Positions 25,773 to 33,927 of a stretch of 64,000 nucleotides of DNA are shown here, in pieces. This DNA comes from Clostridia bacterium (GTDB taxonomy: Bacteria; Bacillota; Clostridia; Oscillospirales; CAG-272). Position numbers and translations under genes: made by a program. The first letter of the stretch is position 1; each line of letters opens with the position of its first letter. A model generated the notes under the pieces. It saw nothing but the letters and a program-made list of their open reading frames with translations, was not told where the DNA came from and ran no database searches. The stretch lies in the NCBI GenBank assembly GCA_017508665.1, contig JAFVYL010000040.1, forward strand, positions 8,309 through 72,308, read 5' to 3'.

Positions 25773-26301
25773 AGGCTTCGCCAAAACGCTGGTAGTGGAC
25801 TATCTCGCGCTGGCGCAGGAATTTGATTACGTCGTTTACGTCGGGATCGTCTGAAAGGCGAAGAATGTTGTCGTAGGTCACTCTCGCTTTCTGCTCTGCG
25901 GCAAGGTCCTCGTTGAGATCCGAGAGGGGATCGCCCTTAGACGAGATAGCCATAGCAGAGAAGGGCTCGCCCGATGCGGCACAGGGGTAAACACCCGACC
26001 CGTGTCCAATATAATACTTATCTAGGCCTCCGGCCTTTATCTGCTCGGGGGTGAGATTGCGTGTGAGCTGATAGATAATACTGCCCACCATCTCCGCGTG
26101 ACCTAGCTCCTCGTTTCCTATATCGGTCAGTGTTCCTATAATCTTGCCCGACGGCATTGTGAAACGCTGATTCAGATATCTTGTAGCCGCGCCCAGCTCA
26201 CCGTCAGGGCCGCCGAGGGCATCTATAATAAGGCTCGCAAGTCGAGCATTGGGGTTCTTGATCCTTACAGGATACTGCAGCTTTTTCTCATATATCCACA
26301 T
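25753..26301 (-). CDS. cotJC: spore coat protein CotJC (manganese-catalase family)
   Basis: MWIYEKKLQYPV N-terminus, the LNQRFTMP...ELGHAEMV di-metal motif, and REIVHYQRFGEAL near the C-terminus. Confidence 0.9.
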   Translation of the reverse strand: MWIYEKKLQYPVRIKNPNARLASLIIDALGGPDGELGAATRYLNQRFTMPSGKIIGTLTDIGNEELGHAEMVGSIIYQLTRNLTPEQIKAGGLDKYYIGHGSGVYPCAASGEPFSAMAISSKGDPLSDLNEDLAAEQKARVTYDNILRLSDDPDVNDVIKFLRQREIVHYQRFGEALRSLTE

Positions 26302-26304
26302 ACT

Positions 26305-26580
26305 TTACCTCTCCTTCCCGTTGTGCTGCCATGGCCACGGGCCGTCAACCCACGTCCATTTATCTCCGACAGTCATATCCGCAAAGAGCGGGCCGTACTT
26401 GTTCTGGTATTCTGTCATAGCGGTGTCCAGCTCTTCTCTCATATTCTTGAAATAGGTCAGAGCATCGCGGCAGTCGGGGTGCGTGTCAAGAAAAAGCTGT
26501 GCTTCTGTCATGGCAAAGGAGAGCGCATGTATCTTTTTCATAAGCTCATCCCGATTCATCATAGGTGTGTCACTGTTCAT
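26305..26580 (-). CDS. cotJB: spore coat protein CotJB
   Basis: LMKKIHALSFAMTEAQLFLDTHPDCRDAL and WTWVDGPWPW motifs. The start is set at MNSDTP; the longer ORF-track N-terminus overlaps cotJA. Confidence 0.85.
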   Translation of the reverse strand: MNSDTPMMNRDELMKKIHALSFAMTEAQLFLDTHPDCRDALTYFKNMREELDTAMTEYQNKYGPLFADMTVGDKWTWVDGPWPWQHNGKER

Positions 26581-26839
26581 TTCCGTACACCTCCATAGGC
26601 ATATCCAATTCCTCAAACACCGTACCGCGAGCGAGTCCCATCTCGGGAGTGTAGAGCATACGCCAGCGTTGGATAGGCACGTATGCATATCCGAGAGGCT
26701 TATCGCCGAGAGTTGCGGAATCGTTCACGGGACAGCCCTCGCGCATATCCGCTCTTTCCTCGGGTATGCCTTTCACATTTCTTTCCATTTGTTTTTCGTC
26801 CTTTTGTTTTCTTTCAGAGTGATGCAAAAAACGCATCAC
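26570..26839 (-). CDS. cotJA: spore coat-associated protein CotJA
   Basis: LGYAYVPIQRWRMLYTPEMGLARGTVFEELDMP matches the CotJA signature. The exact start is uncertain. Confidence 0.75.
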   Translation of the reverse strand: MMRFLHHSERKQKDEKQMERNVKGIPEERADMREGCPVNDSATLGDKPLGYAYVPIQRWRMLYTPEMGLARGTVFEELDMPMEVYGNEQ

Positions 26840-27023
26840 CCTCTACAACAGTATATTCTTTTTGTCGCTTTTTGACCGTCAATTCTTGAGGCATCACCCG
26901 CCATTTTGAAAGTGCAAAACAGTCACACAGCACGCCGACCCCTCCTCGACAAAGGCGGCATCGGTACATACAGCACCTTTAGGCATATTGACGTGCGAGC
27001 AAATCGCTCACGTTGGAATGGAT

Positions 27024-27052
27024 AAAAAAAGCGAGCCGAATTTCGGCTCGCT
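27024..27052 (-). terminator. intrinsic terminator of the YD-repeat lipoprotein gene
   Basis: GCGAGCCGAA-t-TTCGGCTCGC stem followed by T7 on the minus strand. Confidence 0.8.
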
Positions 27053-27104
27053 AATTTCATATTATACAGGCATCTAAGTTTGTGGAAATATGTATGTTAT
27101 CCGA

Positions 27105-28124
27105 TTAAAAATCCAAATATTCTTCAAAGAAATCTTCAGATGAAAACTCAAATGGAATATAAACAAACTTATAAGTTAAGTTGAAGATGTACTTGTCACC
27201 GTCGGAATCTGTGTAAACTTTCTTAATAAGATTACCCTTTTCGTCGTAGGTGTAGTCGGTGATGCGCTTATCACCGTAGGAAGATGTGTAAACTTCCTTA
27301 ATAAGATTACCCTTTTCGTCGTAGGTGTAGTCGTAGATGGACTTATCACCGTCGGAATATGTCTCAACTTTCTTAATAAGATTACCCTTTTCGTCGTAGG
27401 TGTAGTCGGTGATGTGCTTATTTCCGTTTGAATCTGTGTAAACTTCCTTAATAAGATTACCCTTTTCGTCGTAGGTGTAGTCGGTGATGTTCTTATAACC
27501 GCCAGGATGTGTGCAAACTTCCTTAATAAGATTACCCTTTTCGTCGTAGGTGTAGTCGTAGATGGACTTATAGCCGTCAGAATATGTCTTAACTTCCTTA
27601 ATAAGATTACCTTTTTCGTCGTAGGTGTAGTCGTAGATGGACTTATCGCCGTTAGAATGTATGTAAACTTCCTTAATAAGATTACCTTTTTCGTCGTAGG
27701 TGTAGTCTATGATGTACTTATTGCCGCTGGAATATGTCCCAACTTCCTTAATAAGATTACCCTTTTCGTCATAGGTGAAATCAATTGTACATTTTCCACC
27801 GTATTCGGCGTTTAGTGATACTATTTGTGAGGGAAGGTTTTGTTTGTTTAAGGAGATAGTCGCAGTTAGAACAGCTTGTTTTTCGCCATCAACTTGAAGC
27901 TTTACATATGTGGGAAGATAATAGAATTTCCCAACTCCATCATCAACGTCATCATTATTGTCGGGTAATTCATCAACATTATTATCGTTTGGTAATTCAT
28001 TAATAATGTCATCATTCTCGCTGGGCAATTCACTTTGTACCCCTATGTATTTTAGAAGCTCACAAGATGACAGACATACGATTAATATTGAAACAAGCAA
28101 CAGGATTGAAAAAAGCTTTTTCAT
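27105..28124 (-). CDS. lipoprotein with eight tandem YD-type repeats
   Basis: Lipobox LSSC. Eight 25-aa units of the form DYTYDEKGNLIKEVYT.S.G.K.I, which fit the YD/Rhs-repeat consensus YxYDxxGNL. AT-rich. Confidence 0.7.
   Translation of the reverse strand: MKKLFSILLLVSILIVCLSSCELLKYIGVQSELPSENDDIINELPNDNNVDELPDNNDDVDDGVGKFYYLPTYVKLQVDGEKQAVLTATISLNKQNLPSQIVSLNAEYGGKCTIDFTYDEKGNLIKEVGTYSSGNKYIIDYTYDEKGNLIKEVYIHSNGDKSIYDYTYDEKGNLIKEVKTYSDGYKSIYDYTYDEKGNLIKEVCTHPGGYKNITDYTYDEKGNLIKEVYTDSNGNKHITDYTYDEKGNLIKKVETYSDGDKSIYDYTYDEKGNLIKEVYTSSYGDKRITDYTYDEKGNLIKKVYTDSDGDKYIFNLTYKFVYIPFEFSSEDFFEEYLDF
27186..27786 (-). repeat. eight 75-bp near-identical tandem repeats (coding)
   Basis: TTAATAAGATTACCC recurs exactly every 75 nt at 27223, 27298, 27373, 27448, 27523, 27598, 27673 and 27748. 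Confidence 0.95.
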
Positions 28125-28292
28125 TTTATTTCTCCGTTTCTTTTTAAGACTTTAAGATCTTCTGTAAATGCATTATATCATATTTTTCGGAATTTGTAAA
28201 GCTTTATCTGTTTTTGAATAAAAGAAGGGGAAGGCATTGACTAAATGCGAAAAACGAGGTATAATGTTTTTAACAAAAAAGCGGAGGCAAAC

Positions 28293-28838
28293 GTGGGACA
28301 GGTATTTGATTTTGAACTTGAAAAATTGATCGTCGGTGTTATATACAACGACGAGGAGATATACGAAAAGGCTTTGAAAATGCTTATAGACGAGTTCGGA
28401 GAGATTGACGGCGAGTCTGAGAGATTTTCGTTTTCACGCGAGTTTTCCGACTACTATGACGAGGAGCTCGGCGGTGAAGGGCAGAGAGTCATTTTCTCTT
28501 TCCGTGAGTGCGTAGATCCTGCAAGGCAGGCGGAAATAAAGCAAAAAACCAACGAGATGGAGCGTATTCTATCCGACACTAACGGCAACAGACTGATAAA
28601 TCTCGACCCCGGATTTATCAATCACGGCAGACTTATGCTCGCGACAACAAAAAAGGCAGGCTTCCGTATTCCGCTCTCCGACGGAATCTATACCGAGCTG
28701 ACACTCTTCTGGGCGAGAGGCGAGTGGCACAAGCTCCCCTGGTCCTACAGAGATTATCAGTCCGAGAGAGTGCAGAAGTTCCTCACCGAAACAAGAAAAA
28801 GATATCTCGAGGATAGAAAAGCTAAAATGCATAACTGA
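28293..28838 (+). CDS. DUF4416-family protein
   Basis: KLIVGVIY...LINLDPGFINHGRLMLATTKKAGFRIPL matches my recollection of DUF4416. The GTG at 28293 sits behind a GGAGG RBS. Confidence 0.6.
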   Translation: MGQVFDFELEKLIVGVIYNDEEIYEKALKMLIDEFGEIDGESERFSFSREFSDYYDEELGGEGQRVIFSFRECVDPARQAEIKQKTNEMERILSDTNGNRLINLDPGFINHGRLMLATTKKAGFRIPLSDGIYTELTLFWARGEWHKLPWSYRDYQSERVQKFLTETRKRYLEDRKAKMHN

Positions 28839-28888
28839 TTCACGGTATACGTTTGTATCCGTTAAGTGCGGAGTTGACCACCGCAGAA

Positions 28889-28922
28889 AAGGACGGCTGA
28901 TCATCAGCCGTCCTTTATTTTG
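28889..28922 (+). terminator. intrinsic terminator
   Basis: AAGGACGGCTGA-tca-TCAGCCGTCCTT stem followed by a T-rich tract. Confidence 0.75.
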
Positions 28923-29001
28923 TAAACAAAAACTTCCGTTGCACTTGAAAAAGACATATATTTATGATAAAATATATAGGATAAGGATTTTAGGAGGATT
29001 T

Positions 29002-29856
29002 ATGTACGAAATATTCAAGAAAAAAGTATTGAATCCCTACGTAACCGAAATGGATATATTTGCGCCCTTCGTGGCTAAAAAGGCAGAGGCGGGACAGTTT
29101 ATAATCCTGCGCACCGATTCCGAGGGCGAGAGAATACCCCTCACGGTTGCCGGATATGACAGAGCGGCAGGAATGGTCAAGATAATCTTTCAGACCGTAG
29201 GCGCGACTACAAAAAAGCTTGCTCAAATGAACGAGGGCGACTCACTCGCGGACTTTGCAGGGCCTCTCGGAGTGCCCACTGCGACAGAGGGACTTCGTGA
29301 CGTTCTTATAGTCGGCGGCGGTGTCGGATGCGCCATAGCCCTTCCGATAGCTCAAAAGCTGAAGAGTCAGGGCGCGAGAGTGACCTCTGTTATCGGCTTC
29401 AGAAGTAAGGACCTCGTTATTCTTGAGCGAGAGTTCCGCGCGGCATCCCACGAGCTCACCGTTATGACGGATGACGGCTCATACGGCAGAGAGGGTAACG
29501 TCTGCGCACCTCTGAGTGAGATGTTCGCACAGGGCAGACGCTTCGACAAGGTTATAGCCATAGGGCCTCTTGTAATGATGAAATTCGTAGTAGAAGCTAC
29601 ACGTCCCACGGGTATTCCTTGCGACGTGTCTATGAATCCTATAATGATAGACGGTACGGGAATGTGCGGCGGATGTCGACTTACCCTAAACGCAGATGGC
29701 AAAAAGGTGACAAAATTTGCCTGTGTTGACGGCCCCGACTTCAACGGTTATGAGGTCGATTTTGATGAGGCGATCTCGCGCGGAAATATGTACCGCGACT
29801 TTGAAAGACACGCCTATGAGAAGACCTGTAATCTCTTCGCAAAGGAGGGCAAGTAA
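29002..29856 (+). CDS. nfnA: ferredoxin-NADP+ reductase-like FAD/NAD-binding subunit (NfnA-type, sulfide/dihydroorotate dehydrogenase-like)
   Basis: FNR-like fold with a C-terminal CGGCR...FACVDGP iron-sulfur motif. Paired with a GltD-like gene. The ATG at 29002 follows a GGAGG RBS. Confidence 0.65.
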   Translation: MYEIFKKKVLNPYVTEMDIFAPFVAKKAEAGQFIILRTDSEGERIPLTVAGYDRAAGMVKIIFQTVGATTKKLAQMNEGDSLADFAGPLGVPTATEGLRDVLIVGGGVGCAIALPIAQKLKSQGARVTSVIGFRSKDLVILEREFRAASHELTVMTDDGSYGREGNVCAPLSEMFAQGRRFDKVIAIGPLVMMKFVVEATRPTGIPCDVSMNPIMIDGTGMCGGCRLTLNADGKKVTKFACVDGPDFNGYEVDFDEAISRGNMYRDFERHAYEKTCNLFAKEGK

Positions 29857-31272
29857 GTGGCTAATATGAATCCTAAAAAGACTCCTATGCCCACCCTTGA
29901 TCCCGTCAAGCGCGGCAGAGTATTCGACGAGGTTGCCATAGGTTACACTGACGTTATGGCTATGGACGAGGCGGAGCGCTGTCTTAATTGCAAGACTATG
30001 CCTTGTGTTTCCGGCTGTCCTGTAAAAATACATATACCGGCATTTATATCAAAGATACGTGAGCTCGACTTTGACGGCGCGTACGAGGTGATTAGCAAGT
30101 CGTCTTCTCTCCCTGCGGTCTGCGGCAGAGTATGTCCGCAGGAAACACAGTGCGAGTCGAAGTGCGTCAGAGGTGTCAAGGGCGAGCCGGTAGGCATCGG
30201 CAGACTTGAGCGCTTCGTGGCAGATTGGCATAATGCTCACAGTATCGACACACCAAGGACCGCACCGAAGAACGGTGTCAAGGTTGCAGTAGTCGGTTCA
30301 GGCCCATCGGGACTCACCTGCGCGGGTGATCTTGCCAGACTTGGCTACTCCGTCACCGTCTTTGAGGCGCTTCACACAGCCGGCGGCGTTTTAGTGTACG
30401 GTATTCCCGAGTTCAGACTCCCGAAGTCCATCGTTGCCAAGGAGGTAGATACCCTTAAGGCCATGGGCGTGGAGATTCTCACCAATATGATAATAGGAAA
30501 AACGCTCACGGTAGATGAGCTGTTTGATATGGGATACGAGGCGGTCTTCATCGGCTCGGGCGCAGGACTCCCTAACTTTATGGGTATTCCGGGCGAGAGT
30601 CTTAAGGGCGTGTATTCCGCAAACGAGTTCCTCACCAGAGCCAATTTGATGAAGGCTTACCGCGTTGGCGCTGACACCCCGATAATGAAGGGCGGCAGTG
30701 TAGCGGTGGTAGGTGGCGGAAACGTTGCCATGGATGCCGCGCGTACAGCTCTCAGACTCGGAGCGGAGAAGGTATATATCGTTTACCGCCGTTCTATGGA
30801 CGAGCTTCCCGCAAGGCGCGAGGAGGTCGAGCACGCACAGGAGGAGGGCATAGAGTTTAAGCTCCTTACCAATCCTACCGAAATACTCGGCTATACAAAC
30901 CCGGATGATCCCCGTGATCCGAGAAACGGCTTTGTCACCGGTATCAAGTGTATCAGAATGGAGCTCGGCGCGCCGGATGAAAGAGGCAGACGCCGTCCCG
31001 TAGAGATTACAGGCAGTGAGCACGTAATAGACGTTGACACGGTTATTATCTCTATAGGAACTTCACCCAATCCTCTTATAAAGGACACCACTGACGGCCT
31101 TGAGGTAAATGCGAGAGGCGGCATAGTAGTAAACGAATCGGCCGCAACCAGTCGCGAGGGCGTATACGCAGGCGGTGATGCCGTAACAGGCGCTGCCACC
31201 GTAATTTCAGCCATGGGCGCAGGTAAGCTCGCCGCCGAGGCGATACACAATTACATTAAAAGTAAACAGTAA
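29857..31272 (+). CDS. nfnB: NADPH-dependent glutamate-synthase small-subunit-like oxidoreductase (NfnB/GltD family)
   Basis: N-terminal 2x[4Fe-4S] Cys motifs (CLNCK..PCVSGCP; CGRVCPQETQCESKC) and two dinucleotide folds (VAVVGSGPSG; VAVVGGGNVAMD). Confidence 0.75.
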   Translation: MANMNPKKTPMPTLDPVKRGRVFDEVAIGYTDVMAMDEAERCLNCKTMPCVSGCPVKIHIPAFISKIRELDFDGAYEVISKSSSLPAVCGRVCPQETQCESKCVRGVKGEPVGIGRLERFVADWHNAHSIDTPRTAPKNGVKVAVVGSGPSGLTCAGDLARLGYSVTVFEALHTAGGVLVYGIPEFRLPKSIVAKEVDTLKAMGVEILTNMIIGKTLTVDELFDMGYEAVFIGSGAGLPNFMGIPGESLKGVYSANEFLTRANLMKAYRVGADTPIMKGGSVAVVGGGNVAMDAARTALRLGAEKVYIVYRRSMDELPARREEVEHAQEEGIEFKLLTNPTEILGYTNPDDPRDPRNGFVTGIKCIRMELGAPDERGRRRPVEITGSEHVIDVDTVIISIGTSPNPLIKDTTDGLEVNARGGIVVNESAATSREGVYAGGDAVTGAATVISAMGAGKLAAEAIHNYIKSKQ

Positions 31273-31311
31273 ACATATTCTCTTCTTAAATCGGAGAGAT
31301 ACGGAGGTAAT

Positions 31312-32163
31312 ATGAAAATCAAGTATTGGGGTACGGCTGCGGCAGAGGGCGTTCCCGGAATATTCTGCAACTGTGAGGTTTGCCGCCTTGCGAGAGCAGA
31401 AAAGGGCAGAAAGCTCCGCACACGCTCACAGCTACTTATCAACGATGATCTGCTTGTCGATTTTGGCCCTGACACATACACTAACAGTGTTAAATATGAT
31501 TTCAATATGACGAATCTCAAGCATATCATCATAACACATCCTCACGAGGATCACCTCTACTCCGAGGAGCTCGAGCACAGGTTGAGTGGCTTTGCATGCG
31601 AAATAGGTACACCCGTGTTAGTTTTACACGGCTCTGCGGATACTCTTGAGACGATTCGACGTGTTACCGACAGAATTCCGGGCTTCAAGGGGCAGGACCG
31701 CGTAATATATGATATAATGAAGCCTTATGAGACACGTGCGATAGGACGTTACTACGTGACACCCTTACCTGCAGAGCACGGCACGGCAACTCCGTTTGTT
31801 TATCTTATCGAGGAAGGCGATAAATCTTTCCTGCTTCTCAATGATACGGGCAGACCGTCATATGAGGTTTATCAGTATCTTGTAAAGCGCGGAATATTGC
31901 TTGATGCGATATCCTTTGATACTACCTATGGCTTCGAGAACGTCCTTGTAAAGTACGGCAAGGCCGATCACCATATGGGACTACTTGACAACGTAGCCGT
32001 AAAAGGATTCCTTGATATGAACGGTGTGTCGGATAGACACACGGTGTGTATAGCTACCCATTTCTCGCATCAGGGCATTGATGCGGATTATCACAAGATG
32101 GCAGAGCATAGCGCAAAGTACGGATTTATTACCAGCTATGACGGACTTGAGATAGAGGTGTGA
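31312..32163 (+). CDS. MBL-fold metallo-hydrolase (PhnP-like)
   Basis: ITHPHEDH variant of the HxHxDH motif, with an N-terminal CNCEVC zinc knuckle as in PhnP-type proteins. Confidence 0.6.
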   Translation: MKIKYWGTAAAEGVPGIFCNCEVCRLARAEKGRKLRTRSQLLINDDLLVDFGPDTYTNSVKYDFNMTNLKHIIITHPHEDHLYSEELEHRLSGFACEIGTPVLVLHGSADTLETIRRVTDRIPGFKGQDRVIYDIMKPYETRAIGRYYVTPLPAEHGTATPFVYLIEEGDKSFLLLNDTGRPSYEVYQYLVKRGILLDAISFDTTYGFENVLVKYGKADHHMGLLDNVAVKGFLDMNGVSDRHTVCIATHFSHQGIDADYHKMAEHSAKYGFITSYDGLEIEV

Positions 32164-32167
32164 CGTT

Positions 32168-33034
32168 ATGCTGTTTTCTAATCAGACGGACTTTCTTTCG
32201 AGAAAATACGGGCTCACTCGCGCTGTAGAAATGATGATAGAGGCGGGATATCCCGCGATAGATATTTCTATGTTTGATACGGGAGCGTGTCCGTTTACCG
32301 ACGATTATCGCGAGGTTGCCGCCACTCTTCGCAAGATGGCTGATGCAAAGGGCGTAAAGTTCATACAGGCGCATGCACCGTTTGGAGGTGGGTATGAACG
32401 TTATCTTAATGAGCTCGTTCCTCTTTTTCCTCGTGCGTTTGAGTTCTGCGCGTTACTCGGCATAGAAAATATAGTTGTACACCCGATAATGAAGGGGCAC
32501 TACTACGGTCATGAGGCTGAGCATTTTGATATGAACATGAAGTTTTATCGAGCATTAGCACCTCTTTCCCGTACTCACGGTGTCAGGATCGCTATAGAGA
32601 ATATGTGGGACAGACATCCCGTGACAGGAAGGATATGCGACCACGTTTGCGCTGATCCCGAGGAGCTTTGCCGATATTACGACGAGCTTGCCGATCCTGA
32701 CGTCTTTACGGTTTGTCTTGACCTCGGTCACGTCGCCCTTTGCGGCAGAGAGCCCGAGGATGCGGTACGTATAATAGGCCGTGACAGACTCGGTTGTATA
32801 CATGCGCACGACGTTGATTATGTTGCCGATCTGCACACTATCCCCGGTGCATCAAGGATGAATTGGGAGAGAATCGCTCACGCCCTCGGCGAGATAGATT
32901 ATCGCGGATCATTCAATATGGAGGCGGATTGCTTCTTCGAGGGATTTATGGAGGAACACTATCCTGCGGTTGCAAAATTTATGGTCGATACCGCAAGAGT
33001 TATATCTGATAAAATTGATCTGTACCGCCCATAA
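32168..33034 (+). CDS. sugar phosphate isomerase/epimerase (xylose-isomerase-like TIM barrel)
   Basis: IENIVVHP, IAIEN and LDLGH segments are typical of the AP_endonuc_2 TIM-barrel family. Confidence 0.6.
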   Translation: MLFSNQTDFLSRKYGLTRAVEMMIEAGYPAIDISMFDTGACPFTDDYREVAATLRKMADAKGVKFIQAHAPFGGGYERYLNELVPLFPRAFEFCALLGIENIVVHPIMKGHYYGHEAEHFDMNMKFYRALAPLSRTHGVRIAIENMWDRHPVTGRICDHVCADPEELCRYYDELADPDVFTVCLDLGHVALCGREPEDAVRIIGRDRLGCIHAHDVDYVADLHTIPGASRMNWERIAHALGEIDYRGSFNMEADCFFEGFMEEHYPAVAKFMVDTARVISDKIDLYRP

Positions 33035-33112
33035 TGTGAATTTATGTTTGCATATTTGCACAATAATACGGTGATAATCTACCGTTTAACTGTGCAGGTA
33101 GGAGTAATAAAT

Positions 33113-33145
33113 AAAAAAAGCATCCGCAATTTGCGGATGCTTTTT
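33113..33145. terminator. bidirectional intrinsic terminator
   Basis: GCATCCGCAA-tt-TGCGGATGC stem flanked by A7 and T5, between convergent genes. Confidence 0.8.
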
Positions 33146-33155
33146 ACGTCTTTAA

Positions 33156-33785
33156 TTACTTTTCCATAAGGCTCTTTACAGCCGCGCAGATAAGATCTGC
33201 AGAGCCATCGATACCGAGAGTAGATGAGTTGATTGCGATATCGTAGTTGTCGTACTTTCCCCACTTGTTTCCTGTGTAGAAATTGTAGTAGGATGCACGG
33301 CGTTTATCTGTCTTGTTTATAATGTCGACTATTTGAGAGGATTTCAGCTCGGGATGTCTTTCAGCAACTCTCGCCTGTCTGTGGTCGAGATCCCCGTAGA
33401 TGAATATTCTGAAAAGATTCTCCTCGTTTCTGAGCACGTAGTCACCGCATCTTCCTATTATTATGCAGCTCTCTTCCTTGGCAGCCTCCTTGATGATATC
33501 AGACTGAAGAATGAAGAGCTTATCGTTCAGGGGCATTTTGTATCCGAAGTGCATGGTTGTGCCGAGCACGTTCGATCCCATAGCAAGGGTGTATAGCAGA
33601 CTGTTTGCCGATGATTCATCGGCTGCCTCGGAGACACTTTCGTCGAGTGAGCCTCTCGCGGCCGCCGCTTTGATGAGCTCTTTATCGTAGAGCTTGATGC
33701 CGAGCTTTTCAGCTACCTTTTCTCCTATTTCACGTCCGCCGCTTCCGAACTGACGGGCTATTGTAATTATGATCTTGTCATTCAT
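33156..33785 (-). CDS. cytidylate kinase-like family protein
   Basis: IITIARQFGSGGREIGEKVAEKLGIKLYDKELI is the signature N-terminus of this family. Confidence 0.75.
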   Translation of the reverse strand: MNDKIIITIARQFGSGGREIGEKVAEKLGIKLYDKELIKAAAARGSLDESVSEAADESSANSLLYTLAMGSNVLGTTMHFGYKMPLNDKLFILQSDIIKEAAKEESCIIIGRCGDYVLRNEENLFRIFIYGDLDHRQARVAERHPELKSSQIVDIINKTDKRRASYYNFYTGNKWGKYDNYDIAINSSTLGIDGSADLICAAVKSLMEK

Positions 33786-33927
33786 AGATAGCCTCCTTGA
33801 TAATGTGCTGATTATATTTTACCAAAAAAAGAGCTCTTTGTAAATACCTAAAACAGGATTTTGTTCAATATTATTGAAAAATGATAGCCTATGTGATACA
33901 ATATATACATAAAAGTGAAAGGAAAAT

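Noticed and set aside
29857-31272. The GltD-like gene could encode a true glutamate synthase.
   Set aside because: No large GltB subunit is adjacent. Pairing with the FNR-like FAD/NAD subunit is the NfnAB-type arrangement. The function is left as a family-level call.
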